64,000 bases of DNA from Gemmataceae bacterium (GCA_036266155.1 DATANR010000134.1:21526-85525), one strand, 5' to 3'. Counted from the stretch's first letter, positions 37,632 through 47,848 are shown. Notes: generated from the letters alone by a model not told the origin. A program made the numbers and translations.

Positions 37632-40600
37632 CTACCGAATCTGCTCCGCGTACTTGACAATCGGAGCATAAAGCGGCGCCTTGTACTGGAACCCGGGTTG
37701 CTGACCCGGGTTGCCGGGCACCGCCCCGAAGCCCTGGTAGAACGGATCGGGATTTATCAAGCGAATCGGCGCCCCGCGTCCGTGGCTGTAGTGGAAGAAG
37801 CCGTCGGCTTGGGCCGACTCCAGGATAATCGTCGCCGTCGTGGCGCCCCCGTTCGACGAGGTGGGATCGATCGACTCGAGCGGCAGTCGAATGATCACCG
37901 GCTCCGCCTTGTCGCCGACGTCGAGGATCGCGAGCGACATCTTCTGCGGGTTCGGTGGGCCCGCGTTCGGCGTCGTGTCGATGATCGTCCACGGGAAGCC
38001 GTCGTAGACGCCGTCGAGCCGGATCGTCTTGAATGGCTTGACCGTCGGGTATGGCGGTCCCTGGCCGTAGATCTGGCTGTTCACCGGAATACGGCACTTG
38101 ACCTGCGACACGCTCGGCGCACCCAGCGGGTTGGGCCGCGTGTCCGGGTCGGGCATGACGTTGTAGCTGCCCGGAATCAGACCCAGCGACGGGCTGTTGT
38201 ACGGGATGCCGTTCGGCAGCATCACTTCCGGGTTGTAATCGAAGTAGATCGGCGGCGTCCCTTGCTTCGGCGACGGGCTCTTCGGCGTCAGCGGCGTCTG
38301 ATCGATCGACAGGTTGGTCCGGTCGACGATGGCGAAGAACTTGTGCCGCGTGACCGAGCCTTCGTCCGTGCCGAGTTCCTTGCCCAGGACCGGCCGGTTC
38401 GTGTCGTCGTACGGTCCGTCGTTGAGAACTTCGAAGTAACCGATCGTGGCATAGATGGCGAACGCGTTGCTGCGCGTCGTCGTCTGGTTGAACGACTTGG
38501 CAAACAACTCAAACTTCTGCATCGGGCCGGCGCTGCCGCCGGTCGCCGGCGCGAAGGTCTCGTCGCCCGTCTGGCTGGCCCACAGCGCGCCCCTGCGTGC
38601 AAGCGTTGCATCCTGTGAATTTCCAGTAGGCATGCCCGCATACTCAACCGGCCCGGCCAGGCCGACCATCGGCTTATCACCGGCCGACTGGAACGGCTGG
38701 CTGCCGCCATTCAAGCGCTGACTCACGAACGACTGCCACGCCCGGTCGACGTCGCCCTGGGTAAAGCGATTCGCCTGCTGCGCGTCGCCGATCGCGCTGA
38801 ACTGCGGGGCCGTGCCCGATCCGCCGGTAAGGTTGTTGTGGATCGTGTTCACGTTGATCCGGCCGGGGATCCGCGATCCAAACGGGATGCCCTCAATAAA
38901 CGAGCCCGGCCGCAGGTAATCGAGCGCCCGGAACAGGAACGTCGACTTGCCCGCCGGCAGGTTCGAAGGATCATCTGGGGCGTCCAGCCAGTTGGCCATG
39001 TAGGCGACACGGCGATCCTGCGGGTTGCCCGAGGTCTGTTGCATGAAGAACGCGTGCGTGAGCAGGTGTGGCTTGGTCGACACCACATGCAGCAGCTCAA
39101 TCGGGTTGAGCAGCCCGCGATCCAGATGGTTGAGCGGCATGAACGGCGTCTGCAACGTATCGTTCGTCTGCGAGCCGGGGTTCTCGTCGACCCCGCCCAC
39201 GTAGCCGCCCGGTCCGGCGTCGGCCGGCCAGTTGCCGTTCTTGGCGTTGAGCTTGCTAAACGTGTGCCCGCCGATCTGACCGTTCCCAGCGCCGCCAGCG
39301 CCCTGGCGATAGTGCTGCTGATCGTTCCACTTGATGCGGGCGTCGTACGGCTGTCGGCGCCCCCACGAATAGGTCGTGTTGAGGTCCGGCTGCATGCTCG
39401 AACCCGGGTCCGGGCCGCGCGTGCCGTTCGGCAGGAACTCGATGTGGTCGTAGACCGAGTTGCCCGACCAGTCCGGATCGATGTAATCCACCGTCACGTA
39501 CTGATTGTCCGGCGTGCCGCCAAACTCCTGGAGTGGGTCGCCGTTGTACACCACGTAGGGATTCGACAGCCGCTGGAGGACGAACATCGGCACCCACTTC
39601 GGCTTGCCGTTGTCGTCGGTGTCTTCGTTGCCCTGGGGCGGCTGTTGGAACGGCGGGTAGGTCAACGGCACGTTCAACTTGTCGTGCGTCAGGTCGGCCG
39701 TCACTGAATTGTCGGGCAGTTTGGCATCGTTGCCGCCGCCAGCGCCGCCGGCGCCAGGCGAATCGTCCGACGGCCCGATCACGTAGAACATCTTGCCTTG
39801 AACTTGGGCCTGAACGTTCGGCTGCACTGTCTTGCCGTTCGGGGCCGACTTCGATTTCGTGAAGTCAATCACGCGCGGCCAGCCGTTGCCCTGCGGCGGA
39901 TTGGCCGGCGGCGTCGGCAAGCCCGTCACGTTGTCGAAATCGAGCATCTTGATGTTCTGCGGTTGACCCACCGGCATCTTGTACATGACGATCCGGTAAG
40001 CCGTCTGCAGGTTGGCCGCCGAGTTCAGGTTGGTCGGGTCGGTGTGGACCTTTTCCTCCAAGTTCGTCCGATATCCGCCGTGCGTCGGGTCGGTGTTCGG
40101 GGCCGCCACGGTTGCGCCATCGCCCATCGGGTCCCAGTTCTGGTCGCCCAGCGAGCCGGGCGTCAACGCGTTGTGCAGTTCCAACCAGCACCGCAAGCTG
40201 AGCGGGTCGCCCGCCCGCTTGTTGTTCTTCATCGGAATGGCCGTACCCTTGTCCTTCGGGTCGTTCTCGATGCGGGTGTAGGTCTCGTTCATCACGAGCC
40301 GCGGGCGCTCGAAACCATAGACCCACCCATCTTTGATGCTGACGCCGGTCGGGTTCCAGTTGAAAGCCGTGCTGATGTCGTCATTGTCGATGTAGTCGAC
40401 GATGTTGACCGCCAGTTGGGCCAACCAACGCAGCGAGTTCACCTCGGCGGGCGCCGGGGCGGGCATCGTGTAGACAGCCGGCAGACCGGGACCGGGCACA
40501 GCCAGGGTCGGCATCACGCCCGTCGTCGCGGCCCGCAGGCGATAATAGATATCCTTGGCCAGGTCTTGCCGATCCTTCAACGCCCGCTGGTAATTACCAA

Positions 40601-42953
40601 CGTTATCCGGCCCCAGAGGCAGGTCGGTCCGCGTGCGGTAATCAGTCAGCTTGCGATTGAGGTCGACCGGCCCGAGCATCGCTGCGAGCTTGGCACGATA
40701 GGCATCGTCGTGGTCCGGCGCCGCCCCGCCGAACGTCGGCTTGGGACTGCTCGAGGCCGACGGGTTGAACGGTTGCGGCGTGCCATACGGGTAGGTGGCG
40801 CCCATCACGAAGCTGCCCGTCGTCGGGTTCGGCAGCCACGGGCCGGCGCCCGGCAGGTTCAAATCGCTACTGAGCGTCGTAATGCCGAACCGCGAGTTGA
40901 ACTGCCCATTTTGGAAGTACGAGTTGCCCAGCGTGCTCGAAGCCAGGGCGGCGAGGTCGCTGTTCGGGTACTTGCCATAGTTGTACTTCTCGTTCAGGAA
41001 GCGCATTTCCTCGGGGCCGAACGTGCGATCGATGCCGGCCGGCGTCGACTTCTTCGTCGTCTTCATCCAGTACGGGTTGTACATGGACGGGTGGCCGGTC
41101 CGCTCGTCGTACGGGGTGCCGGGGATGGCCATCCCGTTGTCGTACCGGCTGTCCGGATCGGGATAGGCAATGGGCGGACCACTCAAGAAGGAAGGCCCGA
41201 AGACCGTGCTTGTCGTGTGACCGAGGAACGGCAAGCCCGGGTCCGACCAGCGCTTGGCGGTCGCACGCGTGATGTAGCCGCTGGCGGGGTAGTAGTTGGC
41301 GGCGACACCGTTAAAGTCGACCAGGCCGTAGAACGGCGCGCCGGCGCCCGGCGACGGCTGGTTCTGCGGCGGGGCCGCGTATTCGTTCGGATAGGCGCGC
41401 TGCCGGCGATTCGGCATCGTGTCACCCGCGAAGCGATTGTGGACGCTCGTCGCCGCGTATTTCCATTCCGGCGGCGGCGCCGGATCGCTTCCGGTCCGCC
41501 AGGCCAGCGCCGGACGCGACAACATGGCCGCTTCGTTGCTGTTCCATTGGGCGTTCGGCGGGTTGTTCATGCCAACGCTGATCGGCTGATACGCAGCCGG
41601 AATCTGCATCGGCATGACCATCACCGGATTCACTTCCCACGGCCCAATACCCTGGTTCGAATAGTGGCCGTATTGCGGCACCATCACCGTGCGGAAGTTC
41701 GGCACCGTCGACGGCGGCTGCTGGCCCGGGTTCGGGGCCGACGCCATGTTGTCCGGCAGCGGATAGAAGTTGCCGGCCGTGTTCACGTTCACCCGGCTAT
41801 CCAGGTCGACGATCAGGAGCGCCACGAGCGGCTTGTAATTCTTGCCCTGCCAGCGGCGGACCGGGTAATCGAAGTCCATCCACACGCTGTCGTACTGCAT
41901 TCCGCCCGGCTTGCCTTCAAGGTTCTCGACGTCGCCGTACGTGCCGTCCGGCAAGCCGTTCGGGTAGAAGTTCCACTTCGGGTGCGGGAAGTAGCTGATC
42001 CACTGATTGGCGCCGACCTGGACCATGTGGTCGACCGGCCGCGGCCGCAGGGTCTTGTAACGACCAAGCGAATTCGTCCACGGGTTCGGGTTTGAAGTCG
42101 GATGATTAGCCGCAGCCGTCACCGCGAACGCCTGACCGTAGGTCGGCCCCGTCAGCGGATCGACCGGCGGCATCCATTGCGGCACCTGCGAGGGCGGCAT
42201 CGGCGGCTTGCTCGGATCGACCATCAAGTACGGCCGCTCGTAGGAGGGCAATAGGATGCGGCCGCTCGTCGGGTCCATCGCCGCCAGGAACATGTTGTTC
42301 AAGTCGGGATAGGTGTAGTTGGCGTTCTTGGCGTAATAGCGATAGGTTGCCGCGTTGAAGGCCGGCACGCTCAACTTGGGATTGCGGGCGTAGTTGTTAT
42401 CGATGTCGAACATCCATTGCAAATTCGGATCGACTGCGGCCATCCACGGCGCCCAGGTGAAGTTAATCATCTGGTCCGAGTATGGGATGGGCGGCTTGGA
42501 ACCGCCGTTGTCGCCGAGCGTGGTCGGGTGAATGAGTTGCGGATTGACGCGGCCGACGCCGTTGAACGGCTGCGTCGCGTCGCCGACCTTGCTCGGTAGA
42601 TTGAGCGCTGGCGTACCCGGGTCGATATCGAACCCGTAGATGAGCCGAGATAAGTCGTGACCGCGGAAGCTATCGAACGCCCCGCCGAGATCGTTCGGCG
42701 GTCCGTAAATGACGTCGCGCATCACGATATTGAAGATCGTTTCCGGCTCCGGCGGCGCGCCGTCGTGCGTCGGCGGCAAAACGCCCGACTGCCCGCCGTT
42801 GCCGCCGTCGCGATAGACTTTGGTCTGGTCCGCCTCCGCGATCGAGTAGAACACGAACGTGAGGCCGAGGACCAGGAAGATGGACAAGAAGGCCACGACG
42901 ATGACCGTGACATTCCCGCGCCGGCCGCCTTTTGACGTGCTGTAGGGCCGCAT
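37632..42953 (-). CDS. giant GspK-like minor pseudopilin / pilus-tip protein
   Basis: 1773 aa from MRPYSTSKGGRRGNVTVIVVAFLSIFLVLGLTFVFYS (cat 42951-42953, GGAGG 8 nt upstream). Single N-terminal helix without Glu5. SRVNVNTAG (41773-41811) and GRINVNTIH (38839-38869) are GspK-type motifs. C-terminal SNAFAIYATIGYFEV..HKFFAIVDRT. Confidence 0.75.
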   Translation of the reverse strand: MRPYSTSKGGRRGNVTVIVVAFLSIFLVLGLTFVFYSIAEADQTKVYRDGGNGGQSGVLPPTHDGAPPEPETIFNIVMRDVIYGPPNDLGGAFDSFRGHDLSRLIYGFDIDPGTPALNLPSKVGDATQPFNGVGRVNPQLIHPTTLGDNGGSKPPIPYSDQMINFTWAPWMAAVDPNLQWMFDIDNNYARNPKLSVPAFNAATYRYYAKNANYTYPDLNNMFLAAMDPTSGRILLPSYERPYLMVDPSKPPMPPSQVPQWMPPVDPLTGPTYGQAFAVTAAANHPTSNPNPWTNSLGRYKTLRPRPVDHMVQVGANQWISYFPHPKWNFYPNGLPDGTYGDVENLEGKPGGMQYDSVWMDFDYPVRRWQGKNYKPLVALLIVDLDSRVNVNTAGNFYPLPDNMASAPNPGQQPPSTVPNFRTVMVPQYGHYSNQGIGPWEVNPVMVMPMQIPAAYQPISVGMNNPPNAQWNSNEAAMLSRPALAWRTGSDPAPPPEWKYAATSVHNRFAGDTMPNRRQRAYPNEYAAPPQNQPSPGAGAPFYGLVDFNGVAANYYPASGYITRATAKRWSDPGLPFLGHTTSTVFGPSFLSGPPIAYPDPDSRYDNGMAIPGTPYDERTGHPSMYNPYWMKTTKKSTPAGIDRTFGPEEMRFLNEKYNYGKYPNSDLAALASSTLGNSYFQNGQFNSRFGITTLSSDLNLPGAGPWLPNPTTGSFVMGATYPYGTPQPFNPSASSSPKPTFGGAAPDHDDAYRAKLAAMLGPVDLNRKLTDYRTRTDLPLGPDNVGNYQRALKDRQDLAKDIYYRLRAATTGVMPTLAVPGPGLPAVYTMPAPAPAEVNSLRWLAQLAVNIVDYIDNDDISTAFNWNPTGVSIKDGWVYGFERPRLVMNETYTRIENDPKDKGTAIPMKNNKRAGDPLSLRCWLELHNALTPGSLGDQNWDPMGDGATVAAPNTDPTHGGYRTNLEEKVHTDPTNLNSAANLQTAYRIVMYKMPVGQPQNIKMLDFDNVTGLPTPPANPPQGNGWPRVIDFTKSKSAPNGKTVQPNVQAQVQGKMFYVIGPSDDSPGAGGAGGGNDAKLPDNSVTADLTHDKLNVPLTYPPFQQPPQGNEDTDDNGKPKWVPMFVLQRLSNPYVVYNGDPLQEFGGTPDNQYVTVDYIDPDWSGNSVYDHIEFLPNGTRGPDPGSSMQPDLNTTYSWGRRQPYDARIKWNDQQHYRQGAGGAGNGQIGGHTFSKLNAKNGNWPADAGPGGYVGGVDENPGSQTNDTLQTPFMPLNHLDRGLLNPIELLHVVSTKPHLLTHAFFMQQTSGNPQDRRVAYMANWLDAPDDPSNLPAGKSTFLFRALDYLRPGSFIEGIPFGSRIPGRINVNTIHNNLTGGSGTAPQFSAIGDAQQANRFTQGDVDRAWQSFVSQRLNGGSQPFQSAGDKPMVGLAGPVEYAGMPTGNSQDATLARRGALWASQTGDETFAPATGGSAGPMQKFELFAKSFNQTTTRSNAFAIYATIGYFEVLNDGPYDDTNRPVLGKELGTDEGSVTRHKFFAIVDRTNLSIDQTPLTPKSPSPKQGTPPIYFDYNPEVMLPNGIPYNSPSLGLIPGSYNVMPDPDTRPNPLGAPSVSQVKCRIPVNSQIYGQGPPYPTVKPFKTIRLDGVYDGFPWTIIDTTPNAGPPNPQKMSLAILDVGDKAEPVIIRLPLESIDPTSSNGGATTATIILESAQADGFFHYSHGRGAPIRLINPDPFYQGFGAVPGNPGQQPGFQYKAPLYAPIVKYAEQIR

Positions 42954-43022
42954 GGGAGGAACCTCCAAAAGACAGGTAACAGGAGGGCTGCCGGGGGGTA
43001 TGGCCAGCAACCCAGGGATAAA

Positions 43023-44387
43023 TCAAACCTCTTGGACGATCGTGACCTGCCGAGCCTGTTCGGCCCGCGGGTCGTAAATTCGAATCTTGATCTGTATCGC
43101 CCGGACGTTGATCCGGTTGGGCACGGTGCCGGCACTCGGCGTCAGGAACGACGTCATCTGATCCGCATCCGCGGGATCAATGGGCGCGAAACGCGGGTCG
43201 CCGAGGATTGTCCGCAGGCCCGTGTCGAACACGCGGCCCTGGCCCGGCATCAACACCGAATTCCAATAAATGTCCGAGAACGGCTCGTCCATGTTGCCCG
43301 TGGCGAAAATCGCCGGCGGCGGCGAGCTGTTCTGCACCACGGTGTTGAACGTCGCGTTGTTGAACCAGGCGAGCTTGATGTCGAACGACAACACGTCCGT
43401 TAGCACGACGTCTTCGCCGGTCGTCGGAACGCCGGCCACGATCAAGTACGGGTGCGGAATCGCCGACATTCGCTGCACGTACTGCGGCGGTTTCGTGTTG
43501 TCGACATACGTCGGTGTCCAGTCGACGTCGGGATTGTTCAAAGCTTCCGGACCGGGAAGGCGAACCGTGACGAACTGGGGTGGCTGGGCCGGGATCGGGT
43601 TGGGCGTCACGATGATCGGGGCGATCACGTCGGGATACTTAGGCACGTTCGGATAGCTGACGTAGTAGCTCCCGACAAGTTGCATGGCCTGGGCCAGCGG
43701 CAAGTTGTTGTAATCGACGCTCGTCGGCGGCAGCAGACGAATGCGGCGGCGCAGCGAATACAACTGCAAGCCGCCGCTGGCGAATTCGCCGACCGTCGGC
43801 TCGAGCCAATAAACGACCTCGGCCCAGCGCGTGTACATGATCGACTGGGCGTTGATGAACGAATTCACCCGCGAATCGGCGGTGAACGTCGAAAGAAATT
43901 GAGCGGCGAACAGGTCGGTTTGCGGACCGTCCGGCAAGCGGACGGTGAAGCGCATCTTGTGATTCACGGCCCGCGTGGAGGTGATCCCTTCACCGTCGGT
44001 CCGTGCATTGGCGAACGGTTCGAGAATCGACGCCAGGTTGCCGGCCGGACCTTCGCCCAACTGGCGCATCTCGAAGTAACCGCTGTTTGCCGGCGTCCAT
44101 CCCGATTGATCGAGCCGCTGGTCGGACAGACGCGGGCCGCCGCGGGCGGAACCATAGGGCGGGCCAAACTTGTCGCCGCCCAGATCCTTGCGCATGAGCG
44201 TGATCGCGGTGCGATTGCGCTCCTGGAGCACGCCGGCCGTGCGCAACGCCGAGGTCGTCTTGGACGCCGCCGCCAGCGCTTGCGAAATGATCAACATGAT
44301 CATCATGACCAGCGCGGTCGCGACGAGCATCTCGACCAGCGTAAACGCCGATCGACGCACGGAGCGGGCGTGTGATCGAATTCGCAT
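43023..44387 (-). CDS. prepilin-type N-terminal cleavage/methylation domain protein (large minor pseudopilin)
   Basis: 454 aa. N-terminus RRSAFTLVEMLVATALVMMIMLII. Confidence 0.85.
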   Translation of the reverse strand: MRIRSHARSVRRSAFTLVEMLVATALVMMIMLIISQALAAASKTTSALRTAGVLQERNRTAITLMRKDLGGDKFGPPYGSARGGPRLSDQRLDQSGWTPANSGYFEMRQLGEGPAGNLASILEPFANARTDGEGITSTRAVNHKMRFTVRLPDGPQTDLFAAQFLSTFTADSRVNSFINAQSIMYTRWAEVVYWLEPTVGEFASGGLQLYSLRRRIRLLPPTSVDYNNLPLAQAMQLVGSYYVSYPNVPKYPDVIAPIIVTPNPIPAQPPQFVTVRLPGPEALNNPDVDWTPTYVDNTKPPQYVQRMSAIPHPYLIVAGVPTTGEDVVLTDVLSFDIKLAWFNNATFNTVVQNSSPPPAIFATGNMDEPFSDIYWNSVLMPGQGRVFDTGLRTILGDPRFAPIDPADADQMTSFLTPSAGTVPNRINVRAIQIKIRIYDPRAEQARQVTIVQEV

Positions 44388-44420
44388 GGCTTGTCCCCTG
44401 CTTACTCCGGCCGTCTTGCT

Positions 44421-44520
44421 CCCCCCTCTCCGCTTCGGAGAGGAGGGTTGGGGGGGAGAGGTTATCGAGGTTCGCCCAGAAACCTCTCCCCCTAGCCCCC
44501 TCTCCGCAACGGAGAGGGGG
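44421..44520. repeat. array of three GC-rich hairpins between pseudopilin genes
   Basis: cctctcc-gcttc-ggagagg (44425-44443). gggggagaggtt..aacctctccccc (44452-44463 pairs with 44481-44492). ccccctctcc-gcaac-ggagaggggg (44496-44520). Confidence 0.8.
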
Positions 44521-44540
44521 AACCAAACCAGACTTGCCAG

Positions 44541-45743
44541 CTACTGCTTCGTAGCCCCCGCCGCTGACACTGTACCGCGGTCGAACACTTCCACCAAATT
44601 GTCGAATACCACGGCAATTCCCGAGGGACCATACGTTTGATCGATCGCGTAGGTCCCCGGCAGCGCGGGCTTGATCGGTGATTCGAGTTCGAGCGCCAGG
44701 AAGCCCGCGATGTCCGAATTGATGCCTGAGACGCGATAGAAATCGAAGGTCATGTACGGCACGAACGCCTGTGGCGCGTTCGTGGGCGGCCTGATGATGC
44801 GGTGGAAGGCGATCCACCCGCCGCGCCGCAGGTTCGGGATCACCTGGCCGCCCAACTGAACGAGGATGTTCTTTTGCCCGGGCGCCGCATAGGCGTTGAA
44901 CGCGGTCTCTTGCGACGGTGTGTCCGTCGCCGAGCGGGCCGCGTATACGAGGACCGACACGTTGGCTTCGGCCGGGATGTCGTTCCGCGGCCGATAGACC
45001 AGCCACGCCACGTTGTAGCGGCCGGCCCGCTCGATCTGCCCCGTAAAGTCGGCCGGTTCGCCCATCACCGAAAAAGTCGAGCCGTCGCCGGGCCGGGCGA
45101 AGGTCATGTCGTCGAGCAAGGCCGTATTGCGAACTACAGGCGTGGGCGGGCTGAACTGCGGATACGGAAACGGCGGATTCGGCCACGGTCCCGGCGCTGG
45201 CGGCGAAGGCAAAGTGGGGTCGTACCAATAGCCGCCGTTCACGTTGATGCAGCGCCGCAGCGTCGTCCGCGATGGCAGAACTGACTGACCGGCGATCAGG
45301 AATTGATCGTTCGTACCCGCCTTGGTCAAGAAGCCGACGGGGTCGACCAACACCGGGAAACTCGGCTGACTCAGCGTCGGCAAACCGACGCTGGCCGCGG
45401 CCGCACCCGCGGGAATGGTGCCGTTGATGCCATAGTTCTTGTTCGGGTGATTCTCGAAGGCCCAGAGCATCGGCTCCTGCGAGAAGTAATAGGCGTCCGC
45501 GTTCGAAGCTCGGATGTTGCCGCCGTTCGGATCGTTCCACGCGGCCTTCCAGTAGTAGCGGAAGGTCTGATCGGAGTTGACGCCGTGCGTGGTGCTGCGA
45601 TCCTGCGTGATGGCGCGGGCCATGTTCACGGCGCCGATCGGGAACAGCGCCATGATGCAGACGAGGCCGATCGCCATGATGCCGGTGGCGACCATCACTT
45701 CCATCAGCGTCACGCCGGAGCGTCGTCGTTGGTTCGCCGTCAT
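44541..45743 (-). CDS. prepilin-type N-terminal domain protein (large minor pseudopilin)
   Basis: 400 aa. RRRSGVTLMEVMVATGIMAIGLV. Confidence 0.85.
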   Translation of the reverse strand: MTANQRRRSGVTLMEVMVATGIMAIGLVCIMALFPIGAVNMARAITQDRSTTHGVNSDQTFRYYWKAAWNDPNGGNIRASNADAYYFSQEPMLWAFENHPNKNYGINGTIPAGAAAASVGLPTLSQPSFPVLVDPVGFLTKAGTNDQFLIAGQSVLPSRTTLRRCINVNGGYWYDPTLPSPPAPGPWPNPPFPYPQFSPPTPVVRNTALLDDMTFARPGDGSTFSVMGEPADFTGQIERAGRYNVAWLVYRPRNDIPAEANVSVLVYAARSATDTPSQETAFNAYAAPGQKNILVQLGGQVIPNLRRGGWIAFHRIIRPPTNAPQAFVPYMTFDFYRVSGINSDIAGFLALELESPIKPALPGTYAIDQTYGPSGIAVVFDNLVEVFDRGTVSAAGATKQ

Positions 45744-45773
45744 GGGTATACCTTTCGCGGACCGGACGCGGGC

Positions 45774-46889
45774 TTAGAGCCCCGGCGTCGATCCAGTAAA
45801 TACGTTGGCGTACGGGCTGGAGCCGGTGATGTCGTACACGAAATGCGGCGCCACCTTGCCGGTCCGCGTGTAAATGGCCAACAGCAACGCGTCGTTGCCG
45901 CCGCCCTGCGGAGCGGCTTGCCGATCGGCGTTCTGAATCCACAGGATGATCTGCCCCGTCGGGGCATTGGCCACCACGCCATTCGGGTTGAACAGAATGT
46001 CGAGGTTGCCGCCGAGCGCGCCGACCGGATCGGTCAAGCGGGCCGGCGCCCAGGCCGAGATCGGCTGACCAAACTGGGCGGTCAGATACGGCTGGCACGG
46101 CGAACTGCGGGCCAAGTCGATGTACACGTCCTTGTTCAGTTGCAGCGTCGGCTCACCAATGAGCGGCCGCGGCTGACGGATGACGCGGAAGTTGTTTGTC
46201 GACGTCCACACGTTGCCGATCACCGCGGGCGGCGGCGACGGATTCGGGAAAACTTCGGCCCCGTCGATGATGCGATCGAGGACGAGTTGAGCGAACTTGG
46301 CCGGACCGGTCGGAATCGGGGGCGCCGTGGCCGCCGGCGGCGGCGACGTGAAGCGCCGGATGCCGGCGACGGCGGCCGGGCTGCCCGTCAGTTGGAACGT
46401 GTCCCCCGGCTCGACGCCATCCCAGTTGATCCACAGATTCTGCGGCGGCGGCAACAGGTACGTCGGAATGTAAGTGTTGTTCGGATCCTGATAGAGTGTC
46501 ACGACCGTCAGGAAACCAAGGTTGCCCGGCGCGCCCGCGAAGATCAGCGGGTCGTAGCACTGTTCCGTCCGCACATAGATCTTGATCCCCGGCCCACGCG
46601 GCGCGACCGGTTCGGGCTGCTCGATGTACTGCAGCTCGACCACGCGGCCGGAGCCGGGTGAATCTTCGATGAGCCGGATGCCGCGTGCCGACCCGTCACG
46701 GATGGCCGACTGCTTGGCCAGGTTGAAGTAGCCGTGAATCTGCGTGACGGCGTTGGGCGTGCCCTTGTGCCGATCAAGGTTTGGCAGGAACAGCACGGCC
46801 AGCGTGGCCAGCGCGATCATGATGCCGATCACCACCAGCAATTCGAGCAGGGTGAACGCACGCCGGCGGCCGACCATTCGCGTGGTCAT
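45774..46889 (-). CDS. prepilin-type N-terminal domain protein (large minor pseudopilin)
   Basis: 371 aa. GRRRAFTLLELLVVIGIMIALATL. Confidence 0.85.
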   Translation of the reverse strand: MTTRMVGRRRAFTLLELLVVIGIMIALATLAVLFLPNLDRHKGTPNAVTQIHGYFNLAKQSAIRDGSARGIRLIEDSPGSGRVVELQYIEQPEPVAPRGPGIKIYVRTEQCYDPLIFAGAPGNLGFLTVVTLYQDPNNTYIPTYLLPPPQNLWINWDGVEPGDTFQLTGSPAAVAGIRRFTSPPPAATAPPIPTGPAKFAQLVLDRIIDGAEVFPNPSPPPAVIGNVWTSTNNFRVIRQPRPLIGEPTLQLNKDVYIDLARSSPCQPYLTAQFGQPISAWAPARLTDPVGALGGNLDILFNPNGVVANAPTGQIILWIQNADRQAAPQGGGNDALLLAIYTRTGKVAPHFVYDITGSSPYANVFTGSTPGL

Positions 46890-46891
46890 GG

Positions 46892-47848
46892 CTAGTTCCC
46901 CCTATTGGTCTGCTGAATCCGGTAGCTGTAAATGTTGTCCTGCTCGTTCGGCGGATAGTATTGCTTGTCGCCACCGGCCGAGAAGACATAGGGGCCGCGG
47001 TTCACGCCGTCGAACGGGTTCTTAATGAACGGACGCTTGCTCGCGTTCGGCTGGACGAAGTAGTTGAACGCTGGCGTGTAAAGCGGCCAGCCCTGGATCT
47101 GGAGCCGGCCTTCTCGGTCCATTGGGTCATTTTTGGGGAATGTTGGCGATCCTGCCTTGTATGCCGAGTAGGCGGCTGCTTGGGTCGCATTGACGAACGG
47201 CGGCTGATTCAACTCGTCGAGGACATACGCAATGTCGTCGTCCGCCTCGCGGCGAAAGCCGATCGGCATGCCCCATTCATCGATGAACACGGGCAATTGA
47301 ATGGTGCCGCCCGACTTGCGAGGGAACTCGAGCTTCGCGGTCCGCGAGGCGGTATCGTTGCCGAAAGTGACCCCGCCGCGCCCCTGGCTCATAATCAGGT
47401 ACAGCATCGCCGCGTTTTCCTGATCGTTGAACAACGAGGCGTCGAGGATCGTTAGCGCGTAGATCGGCTTCGGCAGATACTTGGCCTGGTTGTACGTGAA
47501 ACTGTCGGTCGCCTCGCCGAAGTTCTGCGGGAATTCCTGACGCATGCGCAGTTTCATGTGCAAAGCCCGCGCTCGAACCAAGTCGGTCTGACCGTTGGCG
47601 TTCTTCGTGCCTTCGACAATGTCCGGCGGAATCGTCTCCGCCCGGCATGTGTCCAGCGCCGCCTTCCATTGCTGCATAAAGCCGACGTCGATCTTGCGCA
47701 CGGCCGTCACCGTGTTCTTTTCGGCCTGCGACTGCCTCAGGCGGAACACAGCGCTGGCGGTGATCGCGATGAGCAAGCTGATGATGGCGATGACCACCAG
47801 CATCTCGATCAGCGAAAACCCGGGCCGGCGTCGATTAGTGATCTTCAC
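46892..47848 (-). CDS. prepilin-type N-terminal domain protein (pseudopilin)
   Basis: 318 aa. GTG start (rc of cac 47846-47848). RRRPGFSLIEMLVVIAIISLLIAI. Confidence 0.8.
   Translation of the reverse strand: MKITNRRRPGFSLIEMLVVIAIISLLIAITASAVFRLRQSQAEKNTVTAVRKIDVGFMQQWKAALDTCRAETIPPDIVEGTKNANGQTDLVRARALHMKLRMRQEFPQNFGEATDSFTYNQAKYLPKPIYALTILDASLFNDQENAAMLYLIMSQGRGGVTFGNDTASRTAKLEFPRKSGGTIQLPVFIDEWGMPIGFRREADDDIAYVLDELNQPPFVNATQAAAYSAYKAGSPTFPKNDPMDREGRLQIQGWPLYTPAFNYFVQPNASKRPFIKNPFDGVNRGPYVFSAGGDKQYYPPNEQDNIYSYRIQQTNRGN

Noticed and set aside
39798-42095. 765-aa plus-strand ORF. Similar long ORFs are at 49519-51759, 53939-55588, 37629-38618, 731-1765, 6400-7380, 7420-8298 and 9376-10245.
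   Set aside because: All lie antisense to CDS that have clear family motifs. Their translations are Arg/Gly/Ala/His-rich with no motifs, as expected for open antisense frames in high-GC DNA.
43990-46098. 702-aa minus-strand ORF spanning three pseudopilin genes in another frame.
   Set aside because: It overlaps three genes that each have an unmistakable prepilin N-terminus. Its composition is Arg/Gly-rich, so it is a frame artefact.
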